A program made the translations under genes and the position numbers. A stretch of 56,948 bases of DNA, counting the filler, from Streblomastix strix (lineage: Eukaryota): the NCBI GenBank assembly GCA_008636045.1. It is 3 parts of 3 records of this genome, joined end to end, with 100 filler letters (N's around TTAATTAATTAA, not from the genome) between each part and the next. Parts side by side here need not be neighbours in the genome. Positions count along the whole stretch, not along the records: positions 38,053 to 56,948 come from SNRW01000561.1; 2 more parts are not named here. One strand, given 5' to 3'. This document shows, one piece after another, positions 38,053-51,198 of this stretch (positions are counted from its first letter, which is position 1; each line of letters starts with the position of its first letter). The notes below the pieces were generated by a model that made no database searches, had not been told where the DNA came from, and worked only from the letters and a program-made list of their open reading frames with translations.

Positions 38053-38653
38053 ATATTGTTCGATAACGAAATTGGCTGATATTTGTAATATAATACATTG
38101 GCAACATAGATGTGAAAGTTATAAGTGTCGGAATCAGATGGATGCTAGTCAAGTTAATGAAGAACCACGCAAGCTATAAAAATAAAATAGAAATAATAAT
38201 AATAATAATAATTTTAAATATAAAAATAAATTAACAAACTGCTCCTTTATTCTTGAAGTTAATTATGCGCCAATCAATGTGATCAAATCCACCCCAATTA
38301 ACTAAGCAATTAAAGGTTAATCTCACAGCCCAGAATAAAACTGTTCCAATGAACCAAATGTCCTCAATTTCAAGTTTATTCACTCTTCCATTATACAAAT
38401 AGAAACTAAATAAGAAAACCGGAGGTATAATACTCCATTACAGATCAAAGACGCATGGATTGCCAACAACGACTCCAATAAGCCAAAGAAGAAGGGTTGC
38501 AAATATGTCTGCAGAAAAGAATGCATTTAGTCCCTTTAACTCAAATTTCAGCGTTATGAATTTGAAGAAGAATATGCTCAGTGATATTGTTGCTATATAG
38601 ATGAACACTAGAACAAGAATTGCCCCTAGTTTAGATTTTGGGAGAATGGTCAT
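38053..38653 (-). CDS. DUF1295 / steroid 5-alpha-reductase-like membrane protein (3'-partial)
   Basis: GNPCVFDLQWS, FWAVRLTFN, WGGFDHIDWR, IHLIPT. A GT-AG intron at 38174-38239 restores the frame. Confidence 0.85.
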
Positions 38654-39318
38654 TAGTGTTTTCTAAATTAAAAAGTAATACGATTATAAAGTGAAATATT
38701 TAATAATTACTTTTTATTAAATAAATATTGTAATAAATTTGAGTGTGATTGATTTTCTGAGTTATTCAGTCATAATTTGATTATTATTTATATTAAATTC
38801 TATACATAAATATAATTTTATGTGAAAAAATATAATGGTATACATAAAATACTTATTGCACATAGAAATATTGTAATTTTAATATATTAAAAATGGTGAT
38901 TTAGTATATTTAATATTTGAAAAAATAAATATTGTATCTATGATGGAAATTAATATTTAAATAGCATGAGCATAATAAATTTATTAAATACATATATAAA
39001 TATTAAAGTTATTATAGATTTACATCACTTTGATGTTTTCTCATCATACACAAGTTAAAAATGTATATTATGTACAATCATCAATCAAGGACTAATTTTT
39101 TATGAAATTAATTATTTATAGACATTGTTTTATATTCTGCGGAATGCATATATGCTAATTTAAAAATCCACTTTCTAACAGACATTGGAATATTATAGCT
39201 GTTTATTTTCAATAAAATTAAATTGGTAAAATACAAATTGTACTAGTTAGTTTGAAATGAATAAATGTTGTTTAAAAATGAAAAATGTAAAAAATTGAAT
39301 ATGCAAAACTGTTCATAT

Positions 39319-40005
39319 TCAGTATTTGTAAATGAAGCGGTTCAGTGTTTCTGCTTTGACCCTGTTTGCCTAAGTCATGATATTACCATAATATCCATTA
39401 TTATTCATTTACGCTTCAATTTCTTCATTAGCTCCTTCTTCTTCAATTTACTCTTCTGTTAATTGAACAAGTAATGGAAGTGGTTGTAAGGATGTTTACC
39501 ATTCATTATTTCTCCCTTCATATAGATCTCTGAGGAAATGGTAGATGTAATCCAATCCATAAAAGATCTCCTTATCTTGTTCTTCGCCTTAGCCTCCAGC
39601 TGTGCTTAATGTAAAGGCCATCAGTCTTCCATATCCATTATTAATAAGCTCTGATTGGACTTATTCATCACCTTAGTCTTGAATCCAGAAAAGACATCGT
39701 CTACTTAAACTTCTCACTTTCAATCTCAATAGATCTATTTCTTCCCTTAAGTGAGAACCAACTTTGTATAATGAAAGTGCAGTGATTGATTGTAGAAACT
39801 TCGGAATCTGAATCACTTATTTACAGGTGTGAATATACTGGATTCGATATGAAAGGGAATCAAGAGGAGAAGTTATATCTGTAAGAGATGATATAGATTC
39901 CGAATCTTATTATTCATTTAGTTTTCTTTCCTTGTTTTATGTGTATGAATCAGAAAAGGAAATTATGGCACTTGCTTCTTCTTAGATTTATTATTCTGAA
40001 TGCAT
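39319..40005 (-). CDS. Host hypothetical protein, 228 aa
   Basis: Open table-6 frame (GDEQVQSELINNGYGR...STAGGQGEEQD...EEQIEEEGANEEIEAQ). From memory it resembles an expanded Streblomastix family; not verified. Confidence 0.8.
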
Positions 40006-40737
40006 TTTATCCTGATTCTTTTATAATAAAGAAAAAATAATTGAATAAATAAATAAGAAAATTATAAGTGAATGAATATAAAGTAGGTTATATGGTGTGC
40101 AAAATATGCGGGAATGGAGGAAAAGTGTGTTTTTTCAAGAAAATAATCCTTCTTTTTGTTGGATAAATATCTTTATATATATAATGTGATTTTTAAAAAA
40201 TTAGGTGCATTATCTATTGTAGTTTTATAAAAAAATGTTAATGATATATTTTATTATTTGAAACATCAACGAGAAGTGATGTTTAAAAAAAAATTAACTA
40301 TTAATTAAGAAACAACTATATTTAGAAATAAGTAGATTTTTTGAAAGATTGTTATATAATATAAGTGTAATAGTTGGCATATATCTATTTAGTGTACTGT
40401 TTTGTTGTTCAATCGCATTTTAAAAAATTATAAATTAGTATCATATGACAAATTTTAAAATAATATTGATTATATTATATAATTAAATTTATAAATTTGT
40501 TATTGAAAAATCCCTATTGTTGAAAATTTATAATGAGCATATTGGTAAAATTATGTTTCAAACTTGGAATTTATAAAACTTTTAGCTCTTGTCTTTCCTT
40601 TCTTACGTAATTATTTTATATTTTTATATCAATAATTCTTAATATTTCAAATTTTACTAATTCTCAAAATCCAATACATTCTTAAACTGCTCAAAATGCT
40701 GTTTATTTTCTTCTGTGATTAACTAATTATAATTTTG

Positions 40738-41011
40738 TATGTCAATAAATAATAAATATCCGATATATACATCTTTTGAATAAATTTTCTGTTTTGTATT
40801 ATATCAAATTGTAAATATAGAGAAAAAAACGCACTTAATTCATTTTTTAAAACATTAAATGTACAGCCTTATCGGCATTTGTGTATTTGCTATTATAGAT
40901 GTATGCTGTAATTAAAGTTGTTTCGTATAATATGAACATACAAAAAATGTAAAGTATCGCGAATGTCATCGGTGAGGGGCGCTTTGACAGTCATGCCCTA
41001 TCAAGCTTGAC
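40738..41011. repeat. Second copy of the 490-890 repeat
   Basis: Alignment by eye; the first hairpin is degenerate in this copy. Confidence 0.8.
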
Positions 41012-41827
41012 TATACGTCGCAAAAACCGCTTAAAATCGTGTGACGGCATGGGAAGCTAGGGGCTTTCTCATAATTCAAATAAAAATTTATTATGAAACA
41101 ATTTTAAACCGATAATATTTCATAAATATTAAAGCTTCTAAAGATAAAAAATCTATTTTTTTTCAATTCACCATAATATGATCACCATTTATAATCCATA
41201 AATCACTGATTGTATGGATAATTATAAAAATAATAATTAAAGACTTCAAATAAATAAAACAATGAAGAAAAAGCACATTTTCCTATAATTCTTGTTGTAC
41301 CTATCTTAATTCAACAATTATATTAAATAATAAAACTTGAAAATTTAATATACATAATTATTTAAAATAATTCTATAAATTTAATTGTAATCTTGAAATT
41401 TTAACTTTTTTTATTTTTAAGAAAAAAGTCTTGTTGCGCAATTTACAACAAAATTCCATTTATTTAGAGATCATCATATTAATATTTTATTTTTTTAAAT
41501 CAATTATAGGATAAATATTAACTTGATTAAACACATTTCGATGACAATCAGGTATTAATTTTTTTTTAAATATTTATTTTGTGAATTTCTAAATTCTAAA
41601 TGTATTTATACTTTTAATTTTATTTAAAATTGTATTTTTAAGATAAATAGTTATAATCAGACTAAATTGATATAAATATTAAAGCCCATTTCCGAGCAGT
41701 TTCAATTATTCACAAATATAAAATAAAGGATTGCCAAATTTTTTATGTTTTATTTTTCTTTTGCTAAATTGAATTATTTATTGTTAGTATTAGTTTAAAA
41801 TTAGTAAAATATGCGTATTAGAATCAA

Positions 41828-44370
41828 TCACACCAACTTACAGAAAAGCGTTAGCAAAGACATACGTTATCCGCTAATCCCCATGAATCTTTTTGCTTGT
41901 GAGAACTTTTTCTCAATTCCAGCTTCTGAAGAAGGAATTGCAAGAACACTATCTATAAAATCGATGAAAATTTTAATCATTGGATTTGATTTATTTTGAC
42001 ACTGCCAATATCCGATTTAGTTATCAATGAGCATCTCATCATCCATATCACCATATTTTCCAGCCCAAAAAAGAACAGCTTTATTTGTTAAATATTATAA
42101 TAACATTAATTTTTCGTCATTCAACGTTTAATGTATCATTTAAATTACTTGTTTTTATTTAAGATCATCAATTGTACTTGTAAGAAATGTAGCTGTTGGT
42201 GAATTAATACAAGATTTACCTGTGATGATTTGATTGTGAATTGGTGTACCTGTAACAGAAAATTTAGGAAGCAATTCCGGTTAAATATCTCGAAGGATTT
42301 GGATTCTTTGAATTGAACTATTAGATATTCTTTCAATTTATTAAGTATCTTCAATATCTTTTTTCATTAGAGAATTTGAAAATGGCGATTCTTGTTTGAT
42401 TTCATATTATTAATTAATCTACGAAACAATTTATTGATCTTCTATTTCATTCAAATCTAGACCGTTGATGATTAGTAGTTTCCAATTTTATTCATAATCT
42501 GATTTACGTAATTGATATGTTAAATGGTTTATTTCTTCCTCATTAAATTGGATGTGATGACTCAATTTCAACCTTATATTTAGAGTTTATTCCTATTATT
42601 TAGCTTAATTCTGATTTTATTAATGTCTTGATAATGCGTAATCTTTCAATTTTTAATGATAAAAGTAAATAGAAATTCTTTTAAGGTAATCTAGCACCTT
42701 GAATTCCAATTGATCTTTTGAACAAGAATAAAACATGGAGCAGTGGGATCTGTTATTTGAATTTGAGATATGGCTAGTTGATATGCATTTTCAATTTTTA
42801 ATTTAAGTATTCTATGCTCGGGATACTTATCAGGTTTCTGAGGAATTTGAATTGATTTGATATCAAAGAATGGTATAGATGGAATAATTTCTGAAACATA
42901 ATACTTTGATACAAAAGTTAATTTTAAAGACTAAGTAGTAGAACTGATCATTGCCAGATTTCTCTATTGCATCAATTTCTTCCCTGAGTAACAAAATGCT
43001 AAATCACAAGCAAATAAATCTATATAATCATCACCAAAAATGTAAAAAAATATTTTCTTGCAAAGTGTTTTGATGAATGAGAGCCATGGTTCATAGCTAA
43101 AGATTGTAACTAAAAGATGATAATAATGAATAAGTAGAAAAACAGCTAATGGGAAAACATTTGAGACTTGTGATGTATTAGACTCAAGAACACTCGTTGT
43201 TTCAAATAAAGGCTTAGTCAGATAGTAAATATGTGTAGTAAATTTAACGGAATTATATTTTCTACTTGATTTCAATTATATAATTTCTTCAGAATGATCC
43301 ATTACTTGCTCTGCAACGAGAAACATTCCAATCCATCTTGTTTTGCCATAAGATTTTAAATAAATACTAAGTTCATTAGAATTCGATTATGAATGTAATG
43401 AACTTATATCTTCTTCCATGATTATTACTATAGCATAAATGTCGTAATGCATATCAATAGCATTTTTTAGATCTCTGTCAAGAAAATGATTAGCACATCT
43501 GTTTTGAATTAGTTTTGACAACCGTTAGGGAAGAAATATAGAGTAGTTTTGCTTAGAAAATGGTGATAATGCTGACGTGAACGATGAACCACCATTTGTT
43601 GTGGCTCCTCCAACCCCAATTTTGAATTGCTGCAAATATATTATTGTTTAAGTAACAAGTTTTGACAATCCATCAACTGTACAAAGTCTAGTATATATTG
43701 ATAAAAGTGTTGGTTCAGGAGAAATTAATGGATAAACTAGATACACTGGAACAGCATGAATATGAGACATCATTCCTGCTTCAAGAATAAGAGTGCCTTT
43801 CTTATTATAAAATACTCTCAACCTTTCAATACATTTCGAATGTGCTTTCTAAACCATTTTTTCTTTTAGTTTATAAATAGTTATCTTTGGTTATAAAGAT
43901 TCAGGAGTTTCATTTGGAAATGTCTTTTATAATCCTAATGAAGTTTTGATTACTCTAAGCATTTAAGACGAAATGCACACTTCAAATGGTACTTCGTGAA
44001 CCTTATGCAGATCTTCAAGTACATCAATAATAGAATCTGAACTTAACTGAATTTTCAAACTCTGTAATTATCTTTTAATAATCATGTTCGATTGAATCAA
44101 AGTTATCTAGCCTACTATTTCATTCACAAAAATTTCCTTCATATTTTACATAGCAATGAATATTTCGGAGGCCTGACTTTTTGCTACTTATCAATTCCCC
44201 TTCACTATTACATTTTGAATAGACGCAAACTTTATAAACACCTTTGCAGAAAAACTCACATCTAATTCAAAATTCTTTCGCTAAAAACGAATGAAGTGTT
44301 ACTTAAATGTATTCAATATCGCATTGAGGTTCTGATTCTTAACCGTTTAGAAAGGAAAATCTTTCCTACG
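41828..44370 (-). pseudogene. hAT-superfamily transposase, near full length, decayed
   Basis: RCANHFL (CxxH), KTRW, VLES and the dimerization motif LAIPSSEAGIEKKFS. Several TGAs and frameshifts. Confidence 0.85.
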
Positions 44371-46291
44371 TCTAAGATTATAAGAAATATATAGAAAATT
44401 TTATAAATAATTAAAAATTTTATACAATTTTTTTCGTTTCGTTTATCTTTCCATATACCTAATTTTCTAATGTAATTATTAGTATATTAAATCAAAAAAG
44501 TGAGATATATATATAAATAAATTCAAAATTTAAATTTAAAACAATACGAGGAAAATAAATTATTTTTTTTTTAAATTTTAATTTTTAATAAATTTAAATT
44601 ATTTAAAAAATATTAAAAATATTAAAATATTGCTGAAAACGCAAAATTATTTATGTTATTTATATTTATTGTTAAATAAATATTCGCGAAACTTCAAAAA
44701 ATTAATTTAAAATTTCAAAATAAAAATAATTATTATTACTCATTGGTAAGGTATAACTAAATTTATAATGAATTTAATTTAATAGTTTTACTTAATAACT
44801 ACCAAATTATAACAAATTTCGATTTGAATTAATTAATTACATCGAAACTAACCTTTATAATTTTATTTTGAGAAAAATATATTTTCCAAGTAAAATGGAA
44901 AATAAACTTTTTTCAAATTTATTGATTTTGAATTAATTTTTGCTAAAATCATTTTTATTGTTTGATAGATACTATTGATATATGGAAAATTAAAAATGCT
45001 TTATTCTAGTCGCATTACACTAGTAATTATATTACTATATATTTATTTACATTTATACAAATTATTTAATCAATATTTCTAATATAACAAGTTGAAAGAC
45101 TCTAAATTCATCATTTAATCAAAATTTTTCTTAATTTCTTGCTGCTCTTTGCATACTTTAATGAGTTTGATATCTGATATATTTTAAATTAATATAATTA
45201 TTATTTTCAATTTTTTTATTTTTTTATTTTTTATCCAAATTTAAGCTGCTAAACTCTAAGAAGCAAAACTTTGTGAAAATTAAAAAAGCATTTTTGCACT
45301 ACTTATAATAATTTGCAATATTCATTTATAATTTTAATTATATTTTTAATATTTTTAAACAGTAAATCTGACGAACTTATGAGAATGCACTATTTTTTTT
45401 AGAGGAGCAGTTGACATCATTAATTTCAAGAATCATAAATATATATGATATTTTAGATTAGATTTAAATTTAATTAATATATTTTATTTCTTCTTATTCA
45501 TAATATCGCATTTGAACTATTTGTAAATACTATTACAAATAACTTCTTGCAAAAATGGATAAGAATTAAAGAAAAAAAAGAAATTTATATTTCGAACTCA
45601 GGTGACAGTCATGATAAAGAATAGAAATACATGCAAATGATGATAATTACTCTTTTCATCAATAATAAAAAGATTAACTCAAAGCCCCTTACATATATAA
45701 CATGAACTTACAACATTTGAAAACGAGCATGTTACTCACATAACGTATTCACTTCACTTAAATTGAAATATGAATAATATAAATGACTTAAAGATCTACA
45801 TAGTTATAAAAAATTATTTAAATTTTATGATTGGTTAGATAGAAACAACACGTGCAAGTGACCGCCTAACCGCCTAGGCGGTCGTAAGGCGGTGCCTGAG
45901 TTTGGTAGGCGTTTTTTGAAATGTATACACCAAAATGCCATGGTTACTCCTTTTTACATTTAGCTTAGATTTTTATTGGTTATTATAATATAATTATTTT
46001 AAATAATTATTAATTTTAAATTAAATATTGTTAAATAAAATTTTATATAAATCAAAGTCGGTATGAAAATTTTTGATGCAGCAGAAAGAAAAACCTTAAA
46101 AAAATCGCTGCAATCATATTTTAACATTTAAATTTTTTATTAAAAATTATCTATTTATTGATAAGAGAAATATTGACAAGACTGATATGAGAAAGAGTAG
46201 AAAGATTAATGCGAGAAAATGAGAATTGAGTTGAAATAAAAAAGAAAAAAACTAATTAAATTAAATTGAAAGATAAAATGTGATGAGAAAT

Positions 46292-48453
46292 TCAGTAAAC
46301 ATTGGTATTACTTGGATTATACTAATTTATTAATATTCCTATTATTTAGCCTAAAATAAAGCCTAAAATAAAGACTAAAATGGAGCCTAAAATTATTTGC
46401 AGGATTGATTTGCCTTTTAAATATAGGATTTGCCAGATTGATTTGCCAATGAAGAATATGATTTGCTAGATTGATTTGTTAATGAAGAATATGATTTGCC
46501 AGATTGATTTGCCTATTAAATATATTAATTAGAAAGGTGCCATTAAAATGTGAAAGATAAAGAGGATAATAATGATGAGAACTTGCCAGATTGATTTGCC
46601 AATGAAGAATATGATTTGCCAGATTGATTTGTTAATGAAGAATATGGGTTGCCTTAATATAAAATTTATTAATAAGAAAGGTGCCATTAAAATGTGAAAG
46701 ATAAAGAGGATATTAATGATGAGAGCTTGCCAAATTAGTTTGATGAGTACAAACAGTACAGACGCAACAAAGAAATATGATATTAATATTAATATTAATA
46801 TGATTGCAATTGAAGCCAAAACTTTTATATTTAAATGAGATTAATCATGATCTTTATTATCAGATGCATCTTTTGCTGTTGATAATTTATTTGGAGAAAT
46901 TTGAAATGAATTTTAATTTGTATCAAGTAGAGATGATTCGGGGTGAAAATTTGATGATGATAGTTATAGGCAACTTGATGCATTCTCTATATTAGTCCAT
47001 TTTAAGATCCTCTTCTTTATCTCTGGGAGCTCAAGTAGATCTTCGGCAGAAGGGCGTTTCTCTGGATCCTGATTTAAATAATTAAAATAAATAATTTTAT
47101 AATTAAAATTAAATTTTAATATATTTATAATTTATCATGTTATTACTTATAAATCTGATTTCAATAAAATAAATTATACCCTGTTCATCATAGACAAAAT
47201 TGTGTCCTTTACTTGCTTCGAATACATGCTAGGCAATTGATTTGGTTTGCACTTTCTAATTCTTTCATTCGTAATTTTTTTATTTTTTCCTTAAATATGA
47301 ATGAAAATATATAAAAATTAGAAAGTTAAATATCTAATAATTATTATATAAAATGCCTTCAAATGGATGTTTCCACGAAGCAAGTTCATGGAAAATCTCT
47401 CCAAGTGCAAATATATCGGTTTATTCTGTCTGTACAACAGATCTATATAAGAGCAATATTAATAAATAATAGTTATTATTTACAAAAAAAGAAAGTAAAA
47501 TATATTTAATTTATTACCTCTATGATTATTGTCCTTCATTATCATCATTGTCATCGTCGTCTATTTCTTCATCAAGCAGTTCAACTGCAAAGTAGGTCCT
47601 TTAAATGTTAAAAATAAACAAAAAAATTGAAAGAAAATGCAAATAATTTAAACAATTTAATTAAATATTATCAAACGAAGTTCCGCCAATATGCGCATAG
47701 TATTACTGAGCATTGTTTGTCACTCGAGCAAGTCCAAAATCACCTATAATTACAATTAATCAAATAAAAATATTATTTTTATAAAGAATTATTATATTTT
47801 TTGATAAAAAGAAATTAACCAATCTTCACTAGAATAGGACCAGACAACAAGATGTTCTCTGGCTTCAGATCTCTGAAAATATAAAGAATATATTTATAGA
47901 TTTGAAAAATTTTATTTAGAGAAATATATGTTGGTAAAACCTATGTATGATGCCCATCTAATGAAGAATGCTTAGTGCATAGATCATCTATGTCATCATA
48001 TCCAATAGTTTCTATTATAATATAAAATAAGTTTATAAATATATAAAATCACTAATAATAATAATTTGAATTAAATAATACTTCTTCACTAATATACTAT
48101 TTGTTTTCTTTGAGTTTATTTATGTACTTTCTTAAATCTTCCTAATCACAGTATTCCAAAAGGATAAAAAATTCACCTTCCTCTTCGAATGATCCAAGAT
48201 AATTCACAAAACAATCTCCTTTCACAAGTTATAATGTCTCAACTTCTTTCTATGCATTTTCCCGATCTTCTTCGGTCTTAATTGGAATCTTTTTCCACAC
48301 GCACAGCTTTTCACTTGCAATTTCTTTTATCAAAAATGTAGTACTAAATGCTCCACGTCCTAGATTTTTTATTTATTAATCTGATGTAAAAGAAATAATT
48401 TAAGATAAAATTAAATTAAGGTTGATTGAAAAACATTCACTCTTCTTCGGCAT
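46292..48453 (-). CDS. Ser/Thr protein kinase (NEK/CAMK-like), ~9 exons, with a hydrophobic repeat C-terminus
   Basis: LGRGAFS, VWKK, LEYC, HRDLKPEN (split by an intron), GDFGLAR, YFAVE, TDIFALG, HPF, DPEKRPSAEDLL. Short AT-rich introns; stop TGA at 46292. Confidence 0.92.
46400..46740 (-). repeat. 33-nt (11-aa) coding tandem repeats plus a longer duplicated block within the kinase tail
   Basis: ttgccagattgatttg(cc/tt)aatgaagaatatgat is repeated; gaaaggtgccattaaaatgtgaaagataaagaggat occurs twice. Confidence 0.9.
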
Positions 48454-51198
48454 TAGTATTGAAGGTCTGCAAAAATAAATTAAATTAAAAAATATACCAA
48501 TAAATTGTAAAATAAAGAAAACAAAATTGAAGAAAAAATGAAAAGAAAATATTATTTTAAAAAACAAGAAAATACTTATAAAATTAGTGGTATAAAATAA
48601 TTATAGATATTATGAAATTCGTTATGTTTAATTAGATAATATATGCAATATTATACATTCATATCAATAATTTTAATCTTATTTAGCAAAATATTCAAAT
48701 ATTTGTGAATAATTTTTGAAATTGCATATTTGAATAGCAATGAGTTAAATTGAGATTAATATTTATAATAATTTACTTAGAAATTTAACCATTCGCAAGT
48801 ATTGAATAAACTGAACCTCAATAAAGTGTAAGTGTGTAGCGATTCAAATTTTAACCTCTTGCAATTTTTTTATCTTTCATTTTTTACAGAATATAATTTA
48901 ATATTCATCAATTAATATTGTAAATAAATGCGATATAAATACAATTAATTTAAAATAGTGTTGTTTATTGTTAAACATTTGTATTGAATTATAAATTAAA
49001 TATCAAATTAACATTATAGGGTCGCTTTAAAACGCAACGGTATTTTTAAACATATTAGAAAAATTAACTTATAAAACCTAATGATAATATGTGTATAAAA
49101 TTAATACGATTAATATTTAATTTTTTTAATAATATTTGATGATAAATCGCCGATTTAGGCTATTTTATTTAAACTTGGAGACATAACAGAAATTACTTCG
49201 CTTTAATTTTATATATTTCCAGTTTTATCTTCATAAAATTCACTTTCATTATCTAAAATAAAAGTTTTATCTATAAATATTAATTAGTATGAAGTTTCAC
49301 CTTCAAAATTTTCAAACTCAAACTTATCAAATTATTTTCCCTTAAAATCTCTTATTCTTTTTAAATTTATTTCATAATCAATATAATAATTAATTTCATC
49401 AATAACATATATTCCTGTTCGTTTATCTTTCTTTAATAATGAATTTAAATTAAATTCATGTTTATTAATTTCAATGAACTCTTCATTTTCTTCTTTTTTT
49501 TTAAATTTAATTATTAATAATTGGATTTGTAAGCAATAGGGGTGTTTTTTTGCGGAAAAAAATCCATTTTCCCGCAGATTCAAAAAACTGAGTTGTGGAA
49601 ATCCCCACAAAAAATTTTGAAAAATATAAAAAAAAATTTTTTTTAACTATATTACATATAAACTTTGTATTTATAATAGAATAATTATTTTTATATGAAA
49701 TATAAAAACATTAATTTTTTTTATGCGGATGCTGAAATTGAAAAAAATATTTTACATCCATTTATTACCTAATAGATACAAATTTTTAATAAATTAATAA
49801 ATTTTTTAAAAAGAATCATATGATCTAATTAAAATTTTTTTTATTAAAATAAAAATAACAAAATAAATTTAAAATATCCTTTGAATAAAATATGTTAAAA
49901 TTCTCCTAATAAAATTTTGTCTATTTCTATTGGTATATCCAGGTACTTTTCCTGAAGTATTAAACATAAATATTAAATAATATATTTTAATTTCTGTTTT
50001 TAATCAATTTATCTATTAAATAATTCTACATTTGGCAAAAATTTAAAAAAGAATATAAAGATGTGCGCGCTACTCTATTTGCATATTTATATATATGTAA
50101 AGACTATTTTTCAAAATTAAATATTTAAACGTATGAAAATTTATACAAATTTTAATCCTGAACAACTTAGATAAGGTGCAAAATTTTTTATTTATTTCTT
50201 TCATTTCTTCTTGATTTTTCCCAATTATCAATTGCATTTTTTATTTTAAAAAATATAATTTAAAACTAAGACATTCATTCCCATTAATCATCATCACAGC
50301 AACAATAACAGCAACACTAATTAATTAACATTCCTATCAAATAATTATTGATTTAATTAAAATATTTTAATTAATATTAATAATAAAAAAATAAAACAAA
50401 AAAAAGATACAGAAAAATTTGGCATATCTAATTTATTATACTGTTTTGCAATTTAAAATTCCTTTTAGTGATTGTAATGTCTATATTTAAATAGAATTTT
50501 CAATAATTATTAAATATATTAAATAAAAATATAAAAGAATATATATGAAGAAACGATATTAATAAAAAAAATATTAAAATATTTACATTAAAATATTTTT
50601 ATTATTTAAATAAATACCTTTAACAAAATATATTTTAAGTCTTAATGATTTGTATTAATTTTATAGAAAAATTCTAAAATAAAAACTTAAAAAATGTTCA
50701 TTCAAATAAATATTTAGTCATAAATAAAAATAAATGGAAGAAAATTGAATTATATAGAGAAAATGTTATATTTCAAATCAAATAAATATTGAAATTATAA
50801 GAAAATTAAAATTCATTTCTAAAAAATTAATTTTTATTTTTTCATAGAAATTTTGTATGCAGTCATAAAAATATTTTATTTCATTAGTTGTTCCTTAATT
50901 TATATTATGAAATTAAGTTACTTATAATATTATTTGTTAGTCGTTCCATATGAATTTAAAAATCAGGTCAAATATCCATAAGAATTTTATAATAATAAGT
51001 TGTAATATATCCAATTTATAGAAATTTTTATGTCTAACAAAACTATAAATTCTTATTGATTTAAAACACGAAGAATCACACTCAATTCCAATCACGTAAA
51101 TAAATCTTCTTATAAGAAAATTAGATTTTCGTTTATATTTTTTAATATATTTTTTTCATTTTTAATTTTGTGATAATAAATTGGAACGAAACTATAAG

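Noticed and set aside
41058..45690. Possible hAT TIRs (TAGGGGCTTT ... AAAGCCCCTT) around the transposase
   Set aside because: Only ~9 bp match and no 8-bp TSD; cannot be supported.
46400..46740. CRISPR-like array
   Set aside because: The 33-nt units are contiguous, in-frame coding repeats without unique spacers, in a eukaryotic gene.
49200..49620. ORF fragment and GGGGTG-starting GC patch as a transposon end
   Set aside because: No matching inverted end in the contig and no recognisable protein motif.
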